Source: an uncultured virus (IMG/VR IMGVR_UViG_3300025133_000081)
Lineage: Duplodnaviria > Heunggongvirae > Uroviricota > Caudoviricetes > Crassvirales
IMG/VR virus record: IMGVR_UViG_3300025133_000081
DNA: 64,000 bases
Reading direction: 5' to 3' (one strand)
Of the stretch, positions 54,783 to 64,000 are shown one piece after another. The notes beneath the pieces are model-generated. The model ran no database searches and was not told the origin of the DNA. It worked only from the letters and a program-made list of their open reading frames with translations. Each line of letters starts with the position of its first letter. Within the stretch, counting starts at the first letter, position 1. A program made the position numbers and the translations under genes.

Positions 54783-55288
54783 TGGCTACAAAAACAGAAA
54801 AAACTATTGCGGATAGTATTCCGTTATATGACACAAATAAAATGCAAACAATATTGAAAACTCTTTTAAATAAAGGGTGTTCAGTTATATTTAATAGTAA
54901 TACAGGATCACATGCTTTTGAATTGGGAATACCTTATCAGATCGATAAAGTAACTCTTCAATCTAATAATATCTTACAGATAACAGCTCATCAAATAAGT
55001 GCTCCTGATAGAAATGGATTGTATAATGTAAATCCCAGTGATTTTAAGATACTTGGTATTCATAGAGGAGCTTTAGATAATGCTATAGATGGATTACAAA
55101 CACAATTAACTACTTTAAAAGGTCTTCAAGAACGACTTGATGACTTAGGACTTTCTGATTCCAATTCTTACTTTGATCTACGTAAAGAGATCATTAGAAA
55201 TATCTTAGATCGATCTGAACAGGGCGATATAGATAAAGAGACCAAATTAAAATTAATTGTAGAATTAACTGATGCATTCGTAATGTGA
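54782..55288 (+). CDS. Hypothetical protein
   Basis: 168 aa; C-terminal coiled coil. Confidence 0.6.
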   Translation: MATKTEKTIADSIPLYDTNKMQTILKTLLNKGCSVIFNSNTGSHAFELGIPYQIDKVTLQSNNILQITAHQISAPDRNGLYNVNPSDFKILGIHRGALDNAIDGLQTQLTTLKGLQERLDDLGLSDSNSYFDLRKEIIRNILDRSEQGDIDKETKLKLIVELTDAFVM

Positions 55289-55292
55289 TCCA

Positions 55293-55327
55293 ATGAGAGA
55301 GGGGAAGTTGTCTCCTCTCTCATTTTA
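55293..55327 (+). terminator. Terminator hairpin
   Basis: atgagagagggga-agttg-tctcctctctcat plus T run. Confidence 0.65.
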
Positions 55328-55341
55328 CTAATATTTATACT

Positions 55342-55554
55342 ATGAGACAGATTAAAGAAAAGAATTTCACTATTATCAAGTATTCCCAACTTTCTGAAGA
55401 AGAAAAGGATGCACATACTTGGATCGATACAGAAGAAATGTACACATATGTACCTTTTACGGTACTTGACACTCAAGATGATCCATTGAGTCAGAATTTA
55501 TTGTTTGAAAATATTGTCCAATACGGAGAAACTGTACTAATATACAAAGACTGA
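55342..55554 (+). CDS. Hypothetical protein
   Basis: 70-aa ORF. Confidence 0.55.
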   Translation: MRQIKEKNFTIIKYSQLSEEEKDAHTWIDTEEMYTYVPFTVLDTQDDPLSQNLLFENIVQYGETVLIYKD

Positions 55555-55689
55555 TGTTAAAATTATTTAAAAAATTCACATTTAAACGATCTACCCTAAA
55601 GCATAGACTTCCAGCTAACTATAAATGGAAAGGTACATTAGGTAGAAATCAAACTATTTTTCGTTTAGAAGATAAAAAAAGAAAAAAAG

Positions 55690-56208
55690 ATGAAACAAAA
55701 TTTGGAAAATAGAGATGTTTTAGGTATATTTGTTAATTATCTGGGAAAAGATATCTTTGTAAACACTTATGGGATCACGATCGAACAATTTGATCTTGAT
55801 TTCATAACAGCTGCTTATTATGAGAGAGCAGAAATATTTGCTCCAGAGGGTACAATTAATGTCTCTTTAATAGAATGTAGTGTAATTCTTAAGGAATTAA
55901 GTCATATTACCAAAGAAGATATTCAAACAGTAGCTGATATACTGGAAACAGATTTTAATAATATTAAAGCAACTATAGGTTTGATCAGATTTGGTTTAGA
56001 AGAGGAAGTTCCTTTTACACTTATTAGAGAATTATCTAGACTTGGTTATGCTGTTCCTTATTTTGGAAAATCTTTATTCAGTCTTGGAATAGCCATTAAA
56101 GAAGAAGACATAAAAAATATAATTGAAAAAGCAGATAAAAAAGATGAAGATATTATCAAAAGAGTGCAGTCCGCAGAGACAGAAACGGCTAATCCTGACC
56201 CCTGGTAA
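55690..56208 (+). CDS. Hypothetical protein
   Basis: ILK.LS.IT.ED...L.RLGYAVP motif. Confidence 0.6.
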   Translation: MKQNLENRDVLGIFVNYLGKDIFVNTYGITIEQFDLDFITAAYYERAEIFAPEGTINVSLIECSVILKELSHITKEDIQTVADILETDFNNIKATIGLIRFGLEEEVPFTLIRELSRLGYAVPYFGKSLFSLGIAIKEEDIKNIIEKADKKDEDIIKRVQSAETETANPDPW

Positions 56209-56368
56209 AAGACTTCCAAAAAATTGGGAGCTAACTATAATGACTGCTAATGCAATACATTTAGTAGATTCCATGTGTACTATCTATAGAATACCAACAA
56301 GTAATCGAAAAAAAGCATATTTTTGTGGAATGATAGTTATAAATGATATAAATTTATATAAACGTTAA
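56123..56368 (+). CDS. KR-tail small protein (ends DINLYKR)
   Basis: Tail TAT AAA CGT TAA; true start probably downstream of the track start. Confidence 0.5.
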   Translation: MKKQIKKMKILSKECSPQRQKRLILTPGKRLPKNWELTIMTANAIHLVDSMCTIYRIPTSNRKKAYFCGMIVINDINLYKR

Positions 56369-56370
56369 AT

Positions 56371-56604
56371 ATGGAAGTTTTACAAAGAACAGTTCAGTTA
56401 CTTTTACCACAGTATGAAGACGATAAAAATATACCTAATTATACTTCTATCATACATGAAAATTATCTATATATGGATACATATAATGAAGGTTCAGATA
56501 GTTATTTTATACATGATAATAAATCTTTTTTTGCCTCTCAAGAAAAAAATAAAGTATATGAAATTAAGGTAAAAAGAGAAAAATGTAAACGATATAAAAG
56601 ATAA
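56371..56604 (+). CDS. KR-tail small protein (LYMDTY; ends KCKRYKR)
   Basis: Array paralogue. Confidence 0.6.
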   Translation: MEVLQRTVQLLLPQYEDDKNIPNYTSIIHENYLYMDTYNEGSDSYFIHDNKSFFASQEKNKVYEIKVKREKCKRYKR

Positions 56605-56605
56605 A

Positions 56606-56770
56606 ATGGCAATAAGATCGAATTCTCCAATTACTATAGATGATACAAATAATTATCAGACCATAACTCCAACTAGAATTTATTGTGATACTTATGGGTG
56701 TACAGAAAGTTATAAGATAGGTAATGAATCATGTTTAATGATTATTATAAAAAAAATATATAAAAGATAA
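56606..56770 (+). CDS. KR-tail small protein, 54 aa (not in ORF track)
   Basis: MAIRSNSPITIDDTNNYQTITPTRIYCDTYGCTESYKIGNESCLMIIIKKIYKR. Confidence 0.65.
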   Translation: MAIRSNSPITIDDTNNYQTITPTRIYCDTYGCTESYKIGNESCLMIIIKKIYKR

Positions 56771-56771
56771 A

Positions 56772-56951
56772 ATGGCAGTAATTACATCACATAAAATAGC
56801 TTTGGATTTTTTAGATGAAAAATATAATCAAAGTTATAATTTATTCACTTTAAAAAAAATTTATTTTGATACTATGCATGGTCCTGAAAGATATAAACTT
56901 AAAGATAAATTCTCTATGGATGTATTAAATAAAAAAATATATAAGAGATGA
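56772..56951 (+). CDS. KR-tail small protein, 59 aa (not in ORF track)
   Basis: MAVITSHKIALDFLDEKYNQSYNLFTLKKIYFDTMHGPERYKLKDKFSMDVLNKKIYKR. Confidence 0.65.
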   Translation: MAVITSHKIALDFLDEKYNQSYNLFTLKKIYFDTMHGPERYKLKDKFSMDVLNKKIYKR

Positions 56952-57148
56952 AACGACAACACCCAAGATATATAACAATACGTGACGGTGCTACTGCTAT
57001 GGTCACTAGTACAAAACTATTCTTTGATACTTATAATAAAAATGAAAATGCTTTTTTAATATACATGCATACTAAAAAAGATCTTGCAGGATGTAATGCA
57101 ATATCTAATATAGATATATATGAAAACCTTTATAGATATAAAAGATGA
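56948..57148 (+). CDS. KR-tail small protein (LFFDTY; ends NLYRYKR)
   Basis: Array paralogue. Confidence 0.6.
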   Translation: MKRQHPRYITIRDGATAMVTSTKLFFDTYNKNENAFLIYMHTKKDLAGCNAISNIDIYENLYRYKR

Positions 57149-57339
57149 TAAATGAAAAAGGATTATACTTAAAAACAGCATTAAAATGTCCAGATGTAGT
57201 AATACTTATGTTTGCTGAAGGACAGGTTTATTGTCAAGATTATTATGGGGATTATCTTCCTTTTTCAGGTGATGATTCTACACATTGGGGAATAGTTACT
57301 ATACGATATAAACATGCTCCTAGAATAGCAAAAAGATGA
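57145..57339 (+). CDS. KR-tail small protein (VYCQDYY; ends APRIAKR)
   Basis: Array member. Confidence 0.55.
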   Translation: MINEKGLYLKTALKCPDVVILMFAEGQVYCQDYYGDYLPFSGDDSTHWGIVTIRYKHAPRIAKR

Positions 57340-57557
57340 AAGAATCAATTAATTATGCATTAAAGGTCTCTTCAAAAGAGAGGAAAAAGAATCAAATAAA
57401 AAACACTTCTTTATTACAAAGAAGTATGTTAGCTGCAGATCAAATATTATATTTGGATAATTTTCATAATGAAAGATATTATATAGAAGGAGCAGATAGT
57501 ATTACTACAATACTTTATTACGTAGAATTTAATAATTTAAAAATATGTAAAAGATGA
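57336..57557 (+). CDS. KR-tail small protein (LYLDNF; ends NLKICKR)
   Basis: Array paralogue; ATGA-coupled to the polymerase. Confidence 0.6.
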   Translation: MKESINYALKVSSKERKKNQIKNTSLLQRSMLAADQILYLDNFHNERYYIEGADSITTILYYVEFNNLKICKR

Positions 57558-59452
57558 TACATCTTATTGTAGATGATGTTGGTCTGAGTTTTATGCATGA
57601 TCTAATACATGATGCAGAAATCTTACAGATAGATACAGAAACTACAGGATTTGATCCACATTCAGACAAGATCTTAACTTTACAGATCGGTACAGAAGAT
57701 GGAGAACATCAATATGTTCTTGATGCTTCTAAGGTGGATATGGGTCATAAAGATATTAAAGATCTACTAGAAGAAAAGATCTTGATATTTCAAAATGCTA
57801 AATTTGATCTTCAGTTTTTATTTAAGATCGGAATTTGGCCTACTAAAATAAGAGATACATTCATTGCTGAATGTGTTCTTACTACAGGATTAAAAATAAG
57901 AAGTCTAGGATTAGATGCCTTAGCTTTTAAATACTGTGATGAGGTACTTGATAAAAGTATCAGAGCTAATATACATAAAGAAGGTCTTACTGATAGAGTA
58001 GTAAGATATGCTGCAGATGATGTAAAATTCCTCAACGCAATATATGAGGCTCAACAAAAAAAGATCCAATCAGAAAAATTGGAAAGAGTATTATCTTTAG
58101 AAGAACAATATGTAAAAGTACTTGCTTATGCTGAATTCTGCGGATTTGGAATTAATACAGAAGCTTGGAAAAAGAATACAGATATTTTTAAAGATAAATT
58201 AGAGATACATAAAGAGAGAGTAACCGAATGGATACATGAAAATCTCTCACAATATAGAGATACTCAATTGGATATGTTCAGTACAGAGAATAAACTTAAT
58301 ATAAGTATAGACTCTGCTAAAGACATGACAGGAGTATTTCAAGACCTTGGAATAGATACACAGATAACTTTCAAGGGAAAGACAAAAGACACGATCGAAG
58401 CAAAACATCTGAAGAAGTTTAAAAAAACTACTCCACTCGTAGAAATTTATATGGAGTATTCAGGTGTTCGAAAGCTAGTAACCACTTATGGTGAAAGCTT
58501 TTTAGATTATGTCAACGACACGACAGGGAGATTGCACAGTAGTTATTGGCAAATTCTAAATACTGGTCGAATTTCTTCTTCTGATCCTAATTTACAGAAT
58601 ATACCTGCTGACGAGGAGATAAGAGGCTGTTTTATAGCAGAAGAAGATAACACTTTAATCGTAGCTGATTATTCAGCACAAGAAACAAGAGTACTAGCAG
58701 ATATGGCGAAAGAGCAGAACTATATAGAATTTTTTCTAAATGGTGATGGAGATTCGCATTCTATGGTAGCTTCTAGAATGTTTACAGAGATTGAAGGAAA
58801 ACCAGTAGTCGTGTCAGGAACACAGAATACAGACTTAAGACAAATCGGTAAAATACTATCATTTCAGATAGCCTATGGAGCGTCTGCATGGTCTGTAAAG
58901 GACTCTTTCAATATAAGTGAAGAACGTGCTCAGAAATTCATAGATGCTTACTTAGACTCGTTCCCTGACCTTAAGAAATACTTTGAGAAAAGGAAAAGAG
59001 AAGTGATCGCTAAAGGATATCTGGTAACTGATCCCATTACCCTACGTAGAATTTATATGGGGGGGTTTGAGCGGTTTCAGGAAGTAGCTAAAGAGAGAAG
59101 AGCAATATATGATGCTGGTGAAAGACCTTCTAAGGAACTTACCAGAGAATTCTATAGTATGAAAGGAGCATTTGAAAGAGCTGCTCTGAATTACCCTATA
59201 CAGTCTGTATCAGCTAGTATGATGAAACTAGCAGGAGTAAGATTGTTTGATTGGATTTTGAAGAAAGGATATCAGAACAAGGTTAAGATCGTATCATTTA
59301 TACATGACGAGACCTGTTTAGAATGTCCTAAGGACATGGCTCAGGAAGTTGCTGATGCCGTACAGGACTTTATGGAGAATTCTGCAAAGGTCTTCTGTAA
59401 GACCGTCCCTATTCCTGCAAAACCCAATATAACTAAATTCTGGAAGAAATGA
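57554..59452 (+). CDS. polA: Family A DNA polymerase with 3'-5' exonuclease
   Basis: Exo DTETTG, QNAKFD, YAADD; TGRISSSDPNLQNIP; motif A ADYSAQE; motif B R..GKILSF..AYG; motif C IHDE. Confidence 0.95.
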   Translation: MIHLIVDDVGLSFMHDLIHDAEILQIDTETTGFDPHSDKILTLQIGTEDGEHQYVLDASKVDMGHKDIKDLLEEKILIFQNAKFDLQFLFKIGIWPTKIRDTFIAECVLTTGLKIRSLGLDALAFKYCDEVLDKSIRANIHKEGLTDRVVRYAADDVKFLNAIYEAQQKKIQSEKLERVLSLEEQYVKVLAYAEFCGFGINTEAWKKNTDIFKDKLEIHKERVTEWIHENLSQYRDTQLDMFSTENKLNISIDSAKDMTGVFQDLGIDTQITFKGKTKDTIEAKHLKKFKKTTPLVEIYMEYSGVRKLVTTYGESFLDYVNDTTGRLHSSYWQILNTGRISSSDPNLQNIPADEEIRGCFIAEEDNTLIVADYSAQETRVLADMAKEQNYIEFFLNGDGDSHSMVASRMFTEIEGKPVVVSGTQNTDLRQIGKILSFQIAYGASAWSVKDSFNISEERAQKFIDAYLDSFPDLKKYFEKRKREVIAKGYLVTDPITLRRIYMGGFERFQEVAKERRAIYDAGERPSKELTREFYSMKGAFERAALNYPIQSVSASMMKLAGVRLFDWILKKGYQNKVKIVSFIHDETCLECPKDMAQEVADAVQDFMENSAKVFCKTVPIPAKPNITKFWKK

Positions 59453-59754
59453 TTCCTAGATTTCGTGTTAAAAGTTTATCCAGTGGGGATGAATATGATG
59501 TTGTAAAAATAGAATATAGTTTAGTAGATGAAAATAGTTGGTCTGTAGAATATTTAGAACATGGTTATGTTAATAACGTAGTTATGTCAAGTAAACATAT
59601 TCTAAAAGAATTTACAGGTGTATATGATAAGAATAATAAACCTATTTATACGTATGATACGTTAAAAGATAAAAAAGGTAAAGTATTTACATATAATTAT
59701 ATGAAACCAGCTATTCTTGAAACTTGTGAAAAGATAGATGATGAAGGATCCTAG
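59449..59754 (+). CDS. YopX-like protein
   Basis: MIPRFR...EFTG.YDKN.K.IY..D. Confidence 0.6.
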   Translation: MIPRFRVKSLSSGDEYDVVKIEYSLVDENSWSVEYLEHGYVNNVVMSSKHILKEFTGVYDKNNKPIYTYDTLKDKKGKVFTYNYMKPAILETCEKIDDEGS

Positions 59755-60934
59755 AGAAAGGATACAAGAAGAAGCATTTGCACAATGGAAAGACAAAGGA
59801 GAAAAAGGAACAATACAGGCAATTACTGGTATTGGGAAAACATTCATAGCTTTAAAAGCTGTAGCAGAAATGGATCCTAATGACAGAATACTGTTTTTAG
59901 CAGAAACACGACAAAGAGAAAGAGACTTTAAGAAAGAAATAGATAAATTCAGTGACCTATATGGAGTAGATTTCACTGAATACAATATAGAAATAATGTG
60001 CTATCAAAGTGCTTATAAAAGAAGAGGTATGACCCATGATCTTGTTATCGCAGATGAGATCCATGATTCATTGACACCTAAATACTCCAGATATTATGCG
60101 AATAATACATATTATAAGATAATGGGGCTTTCAGCTACTATTGATGATGGTGAAATATGGTTCTCTGAGGATCGTAGTACTACCAAACTCAAGATGTTAT
60201 CTGAAATTGCTCCTATATGTTATATATATAATATAGAAGATGGGCAACGAGAGGGTACTACACGACCATTAGATGTATTTGTTTTACATCATAGGTTAGG
60301 TACAGTTCGTAATGTATTGGCAGGAACCAAGAAAAAACCGTTTATGACCACTGAACAAGGGTCATATGAGTATTGGGACAAGCGATTCAAACGATCATTC
60401 TTTGTTGAACCCGATAAGAGGGAACTACAAATGGCTCTGGCATCAAGAAAAAGAGCTGCTATGTTATATACCCTACCATCTAAAGTAGTAATGGTAAATA
60501 AACTCCTAGAGAATCTCAAAGGAAAAACTCTGATCTTTGGAAACGATCTAAAAGCTTTGGAACAAATTACAAGTAATGTTGTAAGGGCTGCAAGAAAAGG
60601 TGAAAAAGTTAAAGAGATTGAAAAAAGAAATGAGAGGATCCGAGAACAATTTGATAAAGGAGAAATAGATGTAATAGCTTCATTTAAGATGCTCAAACAA
60701 GGAGCAAATTTAAAAAATGTAGATAATGTTATAGTAATGTCCTATTATGGAAAACAAAGAGATCTTTTACAAAGAATAGGTCGTCTTCGTAAAGAAGGTA
60801 ATAAGATAGGTACTGTAATAATACCCGTAACAGTAGGAACTCAGGAAGTGAAATGGTTTGAATCAATGACAGACGGTATATCATTGAATACAATTCCATG
60901 TCTCTCCCTGGATGAACTTATATCAAAACTATAA
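59738..60934 (+). CDS. Superfamily 2 helicase (DExH)
   Basis: TGIGKT, ADEIH, LSAT, LKQG.N, QRIGR. Confidence 0.9.
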   Translation: MMKDPRERIQEEAFAQWKDKGEKGTIQAITGIGKTFIALKAVAEMDPNDRILFLAETRQRERDFKKEIDKFSDLYGVDFTEYNIEIMCYQSAYKRRGMTHDLVIADEIHDSLTPKYSRYYANNTYYKIMGLSATIDDGEIWFSEDRSTTKLKMLSEIAPICYIYNIEDGQREGTTRPLDVFVLHHRLGTVRNVLAGTKKKPFMTTEQGSYEYWDKRFKRSFFVEPDKRELQMALASRKRAAMLYTLPSKVVMVNKLLENLKGKTLIFGNDLKALEQITSNVVRAARKGEKVKEIEKRNERIREQFDKGEIDVIASFKMLKQGANLKNVDNVIVMSYYGKQRDLLQRIGRLRKEGNKIGTVIIPVTVGTQEVKWFESMTDGISLNTIPCLSLDELISKL

Positions 60935-61045
60935 CCTTGACCAATTAAAAAAACAAATTTTTTAAAAAAATGTAAGTCAAGAAAAAATAATTATAGCAAG
61001 ATAAGGTCCAGTGTTAGTGATGAAATAAGGTTAACCCTTATTATA

Positions 61046-61627
61046 ATGATAATCACAATTAATACTGATATATTAAAAAAACTAGGATTGTCTCCCAATG
61101 AATATGTTGTTCTAGCAGCAATGGTACAAGATGTTTCATTAGATTTAGGATTAGGGCTCTCTTATAGAAATTTAGTTACAAAGAAATTTGTTACTATAGA
61201 TAAAAAAGGATTCAGCATTCCAACTCCAAAGGCTCAGAAGATATTTGATATCCCTGTAAAAGGAGTTGTTAAAGCAAATGAAGGATCTAAGAAAGCTCCC
61301 TCTGCTGATTTTATAGAAAAATTTATAGAATTATTTCCAAAAGGAGTTAGAAGTGGAGGATATTTAGTACGTGGTACTAGAGGGACAATTAGAAGTAAGA
61401 TCAGATCTTTCAAACGAAAGTATCCAGAGTATTCTGAAGATCTTATCCTAGAAGTAACAAAACGTTACGTAGAACGGAAAAGACGTGAAAGATTTCAATA
61501 TATGATGTTAGCACCCTATTTCATTGAAAAAAATGGTGTATCAACATTAGCTGCTGAATGTGAAGAACGTTTATCTGAACTTAAATCTGGAAATATAGAT
61601 GACAAAGAGTGGGGCAGGGACATATAA
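61046..61627 (+). CDS. Putative replication initiator / helicase loader-like protein
   Basis: N-terminal wHTH-like region, F.ELFP, YM..A.YFI; overlaps the helicase gene. Confidence 0.5.
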   Translation: MIITINTDILKKLGLSPNEYVVLAAMVQDVSLDLGLGLSYRNLVTKKFVTIDKKGFSIPTPKAQKIFDIPVKGVVKANEGSKKAPSADFIEKFIELFPKGVRSGGYLVRGTRGTIRSKIRSFKRKYPEYSEDLILEVTKRYVERKRRERFQYMMLAPYFIEKNGVSTLAAECEERLSELKSGNIDDKEWGRDI

Positions 61628-62681
61628 AAGGGCATTTGATTCTATTAAAAGGAATCGAGATAGACAATTAGCTGGTAAAGTTAATTGTATTCCCTTTAAA
61701 CTACCTCGATTTGAAAAATATGTACCAGGATTAGAGCCTAGAACTTATACTATTGTGACAGCTTCGTCAGGAGTAGGTAAGTCTAAGTTATCAAAATTAC
61801 TATATGTAATAAGAGCATACGAATATATGAAAGAGAATCCAGATTGTGGAATAAAGGTCAAGATCTTTTATTTCTGTTTGGAAGAGTACCGAGAGATATT
61901 TATGCAATCACTTATTATATATGAACTATACAGACGATATAAGAAAAGAATAGATATAAAACAATTGAATTCCATGTACCAGGGAAAGATCCTTGGAGAA
62001 GAGACCATAGAACAGATAGAACTTCTCAAGGAATATTTTGAGGAGATGGAAAGAGATTGTCTTGTAATATATGATCGGGCTAAAAATCCTGATCACATAT
62101 ATAGAATACTTAAGGAGTATGCGGAAGCAAATGGTGATTGGCATGAGGGTCAATACATTCCAAAGGATCAAGAAGAACTTGTAGTTCCTATCTTTGATCA
62201 TATCTCACTCCTTGAGCCAAATAAAGGGGAACGACTAATAGATGCAATGGGTAGATTTTCTGCACAACATCTGGTTGATCTCCGTAATACCTATGGAATG
62301 TCACCGATCGCTGTTCAGCAGCAATCAGCAGATAAGGAGAGGCAAGTATATACTTCTTCTGGTTCCTCAGTGGATTCAAAACTGGAACCATCTTTGGATG
62401 GTCTTGCAGATAATAAGAAGACACAGAGAGATGCTGATATGGTGATAGGTCTGTTTGCACCAGATAGATTTGAGATGGAACAACATCGAGGATATGATAT
62501 CAAGGGTCTGCAGGACTCTTATCGATCCTTATCTGTTCTTAAGAATAGATATGGAGCAACCAACCTAAGAGTAGGACTATACTTTGATGGTGCTGTAGGG
62601 GAGTTCGCAGAACTTCCTAATGCAACAGATAAAGTTGAGATGAGTAAGGTATTAAAACATATAACTGGTTTAAATGGTTGA
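61599..62681 (+). CDS. DnaB-like (SF4) replicative helicase
   Basis: ASSGVGKS, FCLEE, FDHISLL, VQQQ, RDAD.VIGLF.P, LKNRYG. Confidence 0.88.
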   Translation: MTKSGAGTYKRAFDSIKRNRDRQLAGKVNCIPFKLPRFEKYVPGLEPRTYTIVTASSGVGKSKLSKLLYVIRAYEYMKENPDCGIKVKIFYFCLEEYREIFMQSLIIYELYRRYKKRIDIKQLNSMYQGKILGEETIEQIELLKEYFEEMERDCLVIYDRAKNPDHIYRILKEYAEANGDWHEGQYIPKDQEELVVPIFDHISLLEPNKGERLIDAMGRFSAQHLVDLRNTYGMSPIAVQQQSADKERQVYTSSGSSVDSKLEPSLDGLADNKKTQRDADMVIGLFAPDRFEMEQHRGYDIKGLQDSYRSLSVLKNRYGATNLRVGLYFDGAVGEFAELPNATDKVEMSKVLKHITGLNG

Positions 62682-63405
62682 ATTAGTATTACCGAAGAAG
62701 CCTGTAAAGGCTACTTCCACTAACCCAAGAAGGTTAGTAATATACTCTCCTCCTAAAATGGGAAAAACAACACTGTTATCACGACTACCTAATTGTTTGA
62801 TCATCGATACTGAACGTGGATCTAGTTTTCTAGATGCTCTAAAGATCGAAGTCAATAATCTGGCAGAACTGAAGCAGGTAATTACCAAGATTGAGGAAGA
62901 GGGTAATCCTTATGATTATATAGCAATAGATACAGTGACAAGACTCGAAGAGATGGTCATGCCTCTTGCTGTAAAACTTTATAAAGACACTCCTATGGGG
63001 AAAAATTATAAAGGAGATGACGTTAGGAAACTCCCTAATGGAGCAGGATACTTATATTTTAGAGAAGCACTGGATAAAGTGTTGAAAGATATAGAAAGTG
63101 TCTGTGGCAAAGGTCTTATCATAGCAGGTCATATCAAAGAGAAATTCCTAGAAAAAGCAGGAAAAGAAGTCTCGGCAAAAGATATTGATCTTACTGGTAA
63201 GAATCGTAGCATTGTCTGCTCTGATGCAGATGCTATTGGGTATTTATTCAGAGATGGTAAGAATACTGTCTTGAATTTTGCTTCGTCAGAAGAAGTACTC
63301 TGTGGTTCCAGAGCAGCACATCTTAAAGGTCAACAGATCCTCCTGGGAGAGGATGTTGATGGTGAGTTAGTATCCCATTGGGATAAAGTATATCTCCCAG
63401 ACTAA
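62674..63405 (+). CDS. AAA_24 / Sak4-like P-loop ATPase
   Basis: YSPPKMGKTT, IDTERGS, IAIDTVT, LPNGAGY, ADAIGY. Confidence 0.85.
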   Translation: MVELVLPKKPVKATSTNPRRLVIYSPPKMGKTTLLSRLPNCLIIDTERGSSFLDALKIEVNNLAELKQVITKIEEEGNPYDYIAIDTVTRLEEMVMPLAVKLYKDTPMGKNYKGDDVRKLPNGAGYLYFREALDKVLKDIESVCGKGLIIAGHIKEKFLEKAGKEVSAKDIDLTGKNRSIVCSDADAIGYLFRDGKNTVLNFASSEEVLCGSRAAHLKGQQILLGEDVDGELVSHWDKVYLPD

Positions 63406-63434
63406 GTAAAGGAACGATCATAGAAACAAAACAA

Positions 63435-64000
63435 ATGCAAATAGATTCTAGATCAAGTGAAGTTGGAGGAAGTCGTACATTGTACACAGGACTTCACAAT
63501 ATGAAGGTTATCGCAATTAACCCTACTGTAGCAGAATTAGAAGATATGGGATATAATCCTCAGTTTGAACCTGAGTATATATCAGTATCAGAAGATGGCT
63601 TTCAGAAGGCAGTAGTTGATGTTTACTTTCAAAGTGATGAAGTATCATTTCCAGTAAAGAGACGATTCTGGTTGGAAAACCGTATCAACGTTACAAGAGA
63701 TGGTAATAAAACTGATTACATTGACGATTACACAGCTAATTCGTATGTTACAAGCGTAGAAGAGCTACCTACATGGGTAGATCAATCTACAGCTCGGCAG
63801 GCATTAGTTGGTGAAGCTCAATTACTTAAGTTTATTGCTGCATGGGCAAATATCAATCCCTTCCCTGATAAGGAAGGTAACCGTGCAATGTGTAAATTTG
63901 AAAACATTGATAAATTGTTTTCCAATGACACTAGTGAGATCCGTTCAATCATGACGGGTGAAATTACTAAAGATAATTTAGTAAAATTACTATTGGATGT
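63435..64000 (+). CDS. Putative ssDNA-binding protein, crAss-type (partial, runs off the window)
   Basis: MQIDSRSSEVGGSRTLYTGLHNMKVIAINPTVAELE...R.A.VGE..L..FI..WAN; position after the AAA_24 ATPase. Confidence 0.55.
   Translation, partial: MQIDSRSSEVGGSRTLYTGLHNMKVIAINPTVAELEDMGYNPQFEPEYISVSEDGFQKAVVDVYFQSDEVSFPVKRRFWLENRINVTRDGNKTDYIDDYTANSYVTSVEELPTWVDQSTARQALVGEAQLLKFIAAWANINPFPDKEGNRAMCKFENIDKLFSNDTSEIRSIMTGEITKDNLVKLLLD

Noticed and set aside
56590..56960. CRISPR-like array from the repeated TATAAAAGATAAAATGGCA
   Set aside because: Only two exact copies, spaced about 166 nt apart by open reading frames; no cas genes.
35981..62888. Short minus-strand ORFs in the track across the early/replication arm
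   Set aside because: Antisense to coherent plus-strand operons; no independent support.

Overview
The window is about 64 kb of a crAss-like (Crassvirales-type) tailed phage genome, most likely infecting a Bacteroidota host. It uses the standard genetic code. Positions 1-35.7 kb are a minus-strand late/structural arm: large terminase, portal, scaffold-like protein, major capsid, auxiliary capsid, tail ring and muzzle proteins, fibres, a lysis module, and a large ejected cargo protein that runs off the 5' edge. Positions 35.8-64 kb are a plus-strand arm with dozens of small AT-rich genes, several structured non-coding RNAs, a MoxR-AAA/vWA-type pair, a family A DNA polymerase, SF2 and DnaB-type helicases, an AAA_24 ATPase and a partial SSB-like gene. 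The most striking unexplained signals are: (1) about 19 small, highly divergent genes in three arrays plus one outlier, all ending in a C-terminal heptapeptide N-hydrophobic-x-x-[YFH]-K-R-stop; (2) an unannotated operon at the strand switch made of a promoter, a structured RNA, a 24-aa 9-Cys metallothionein-like peptide and a zinc-ribbon peptide; (3) Bacteroidota sigmaA-type late promoters that place ATG at or near +1, implying leaderless mRNAs; (4) a modular cargo protein with transglycosylase-like and ADP-ribosyltransferase-like domains between [YF]xxGG motifs; (5) an ArfA-like peptide and a degenerate tRNA-like RNA. All functional calls come from motif reading and synteny, not database searches.
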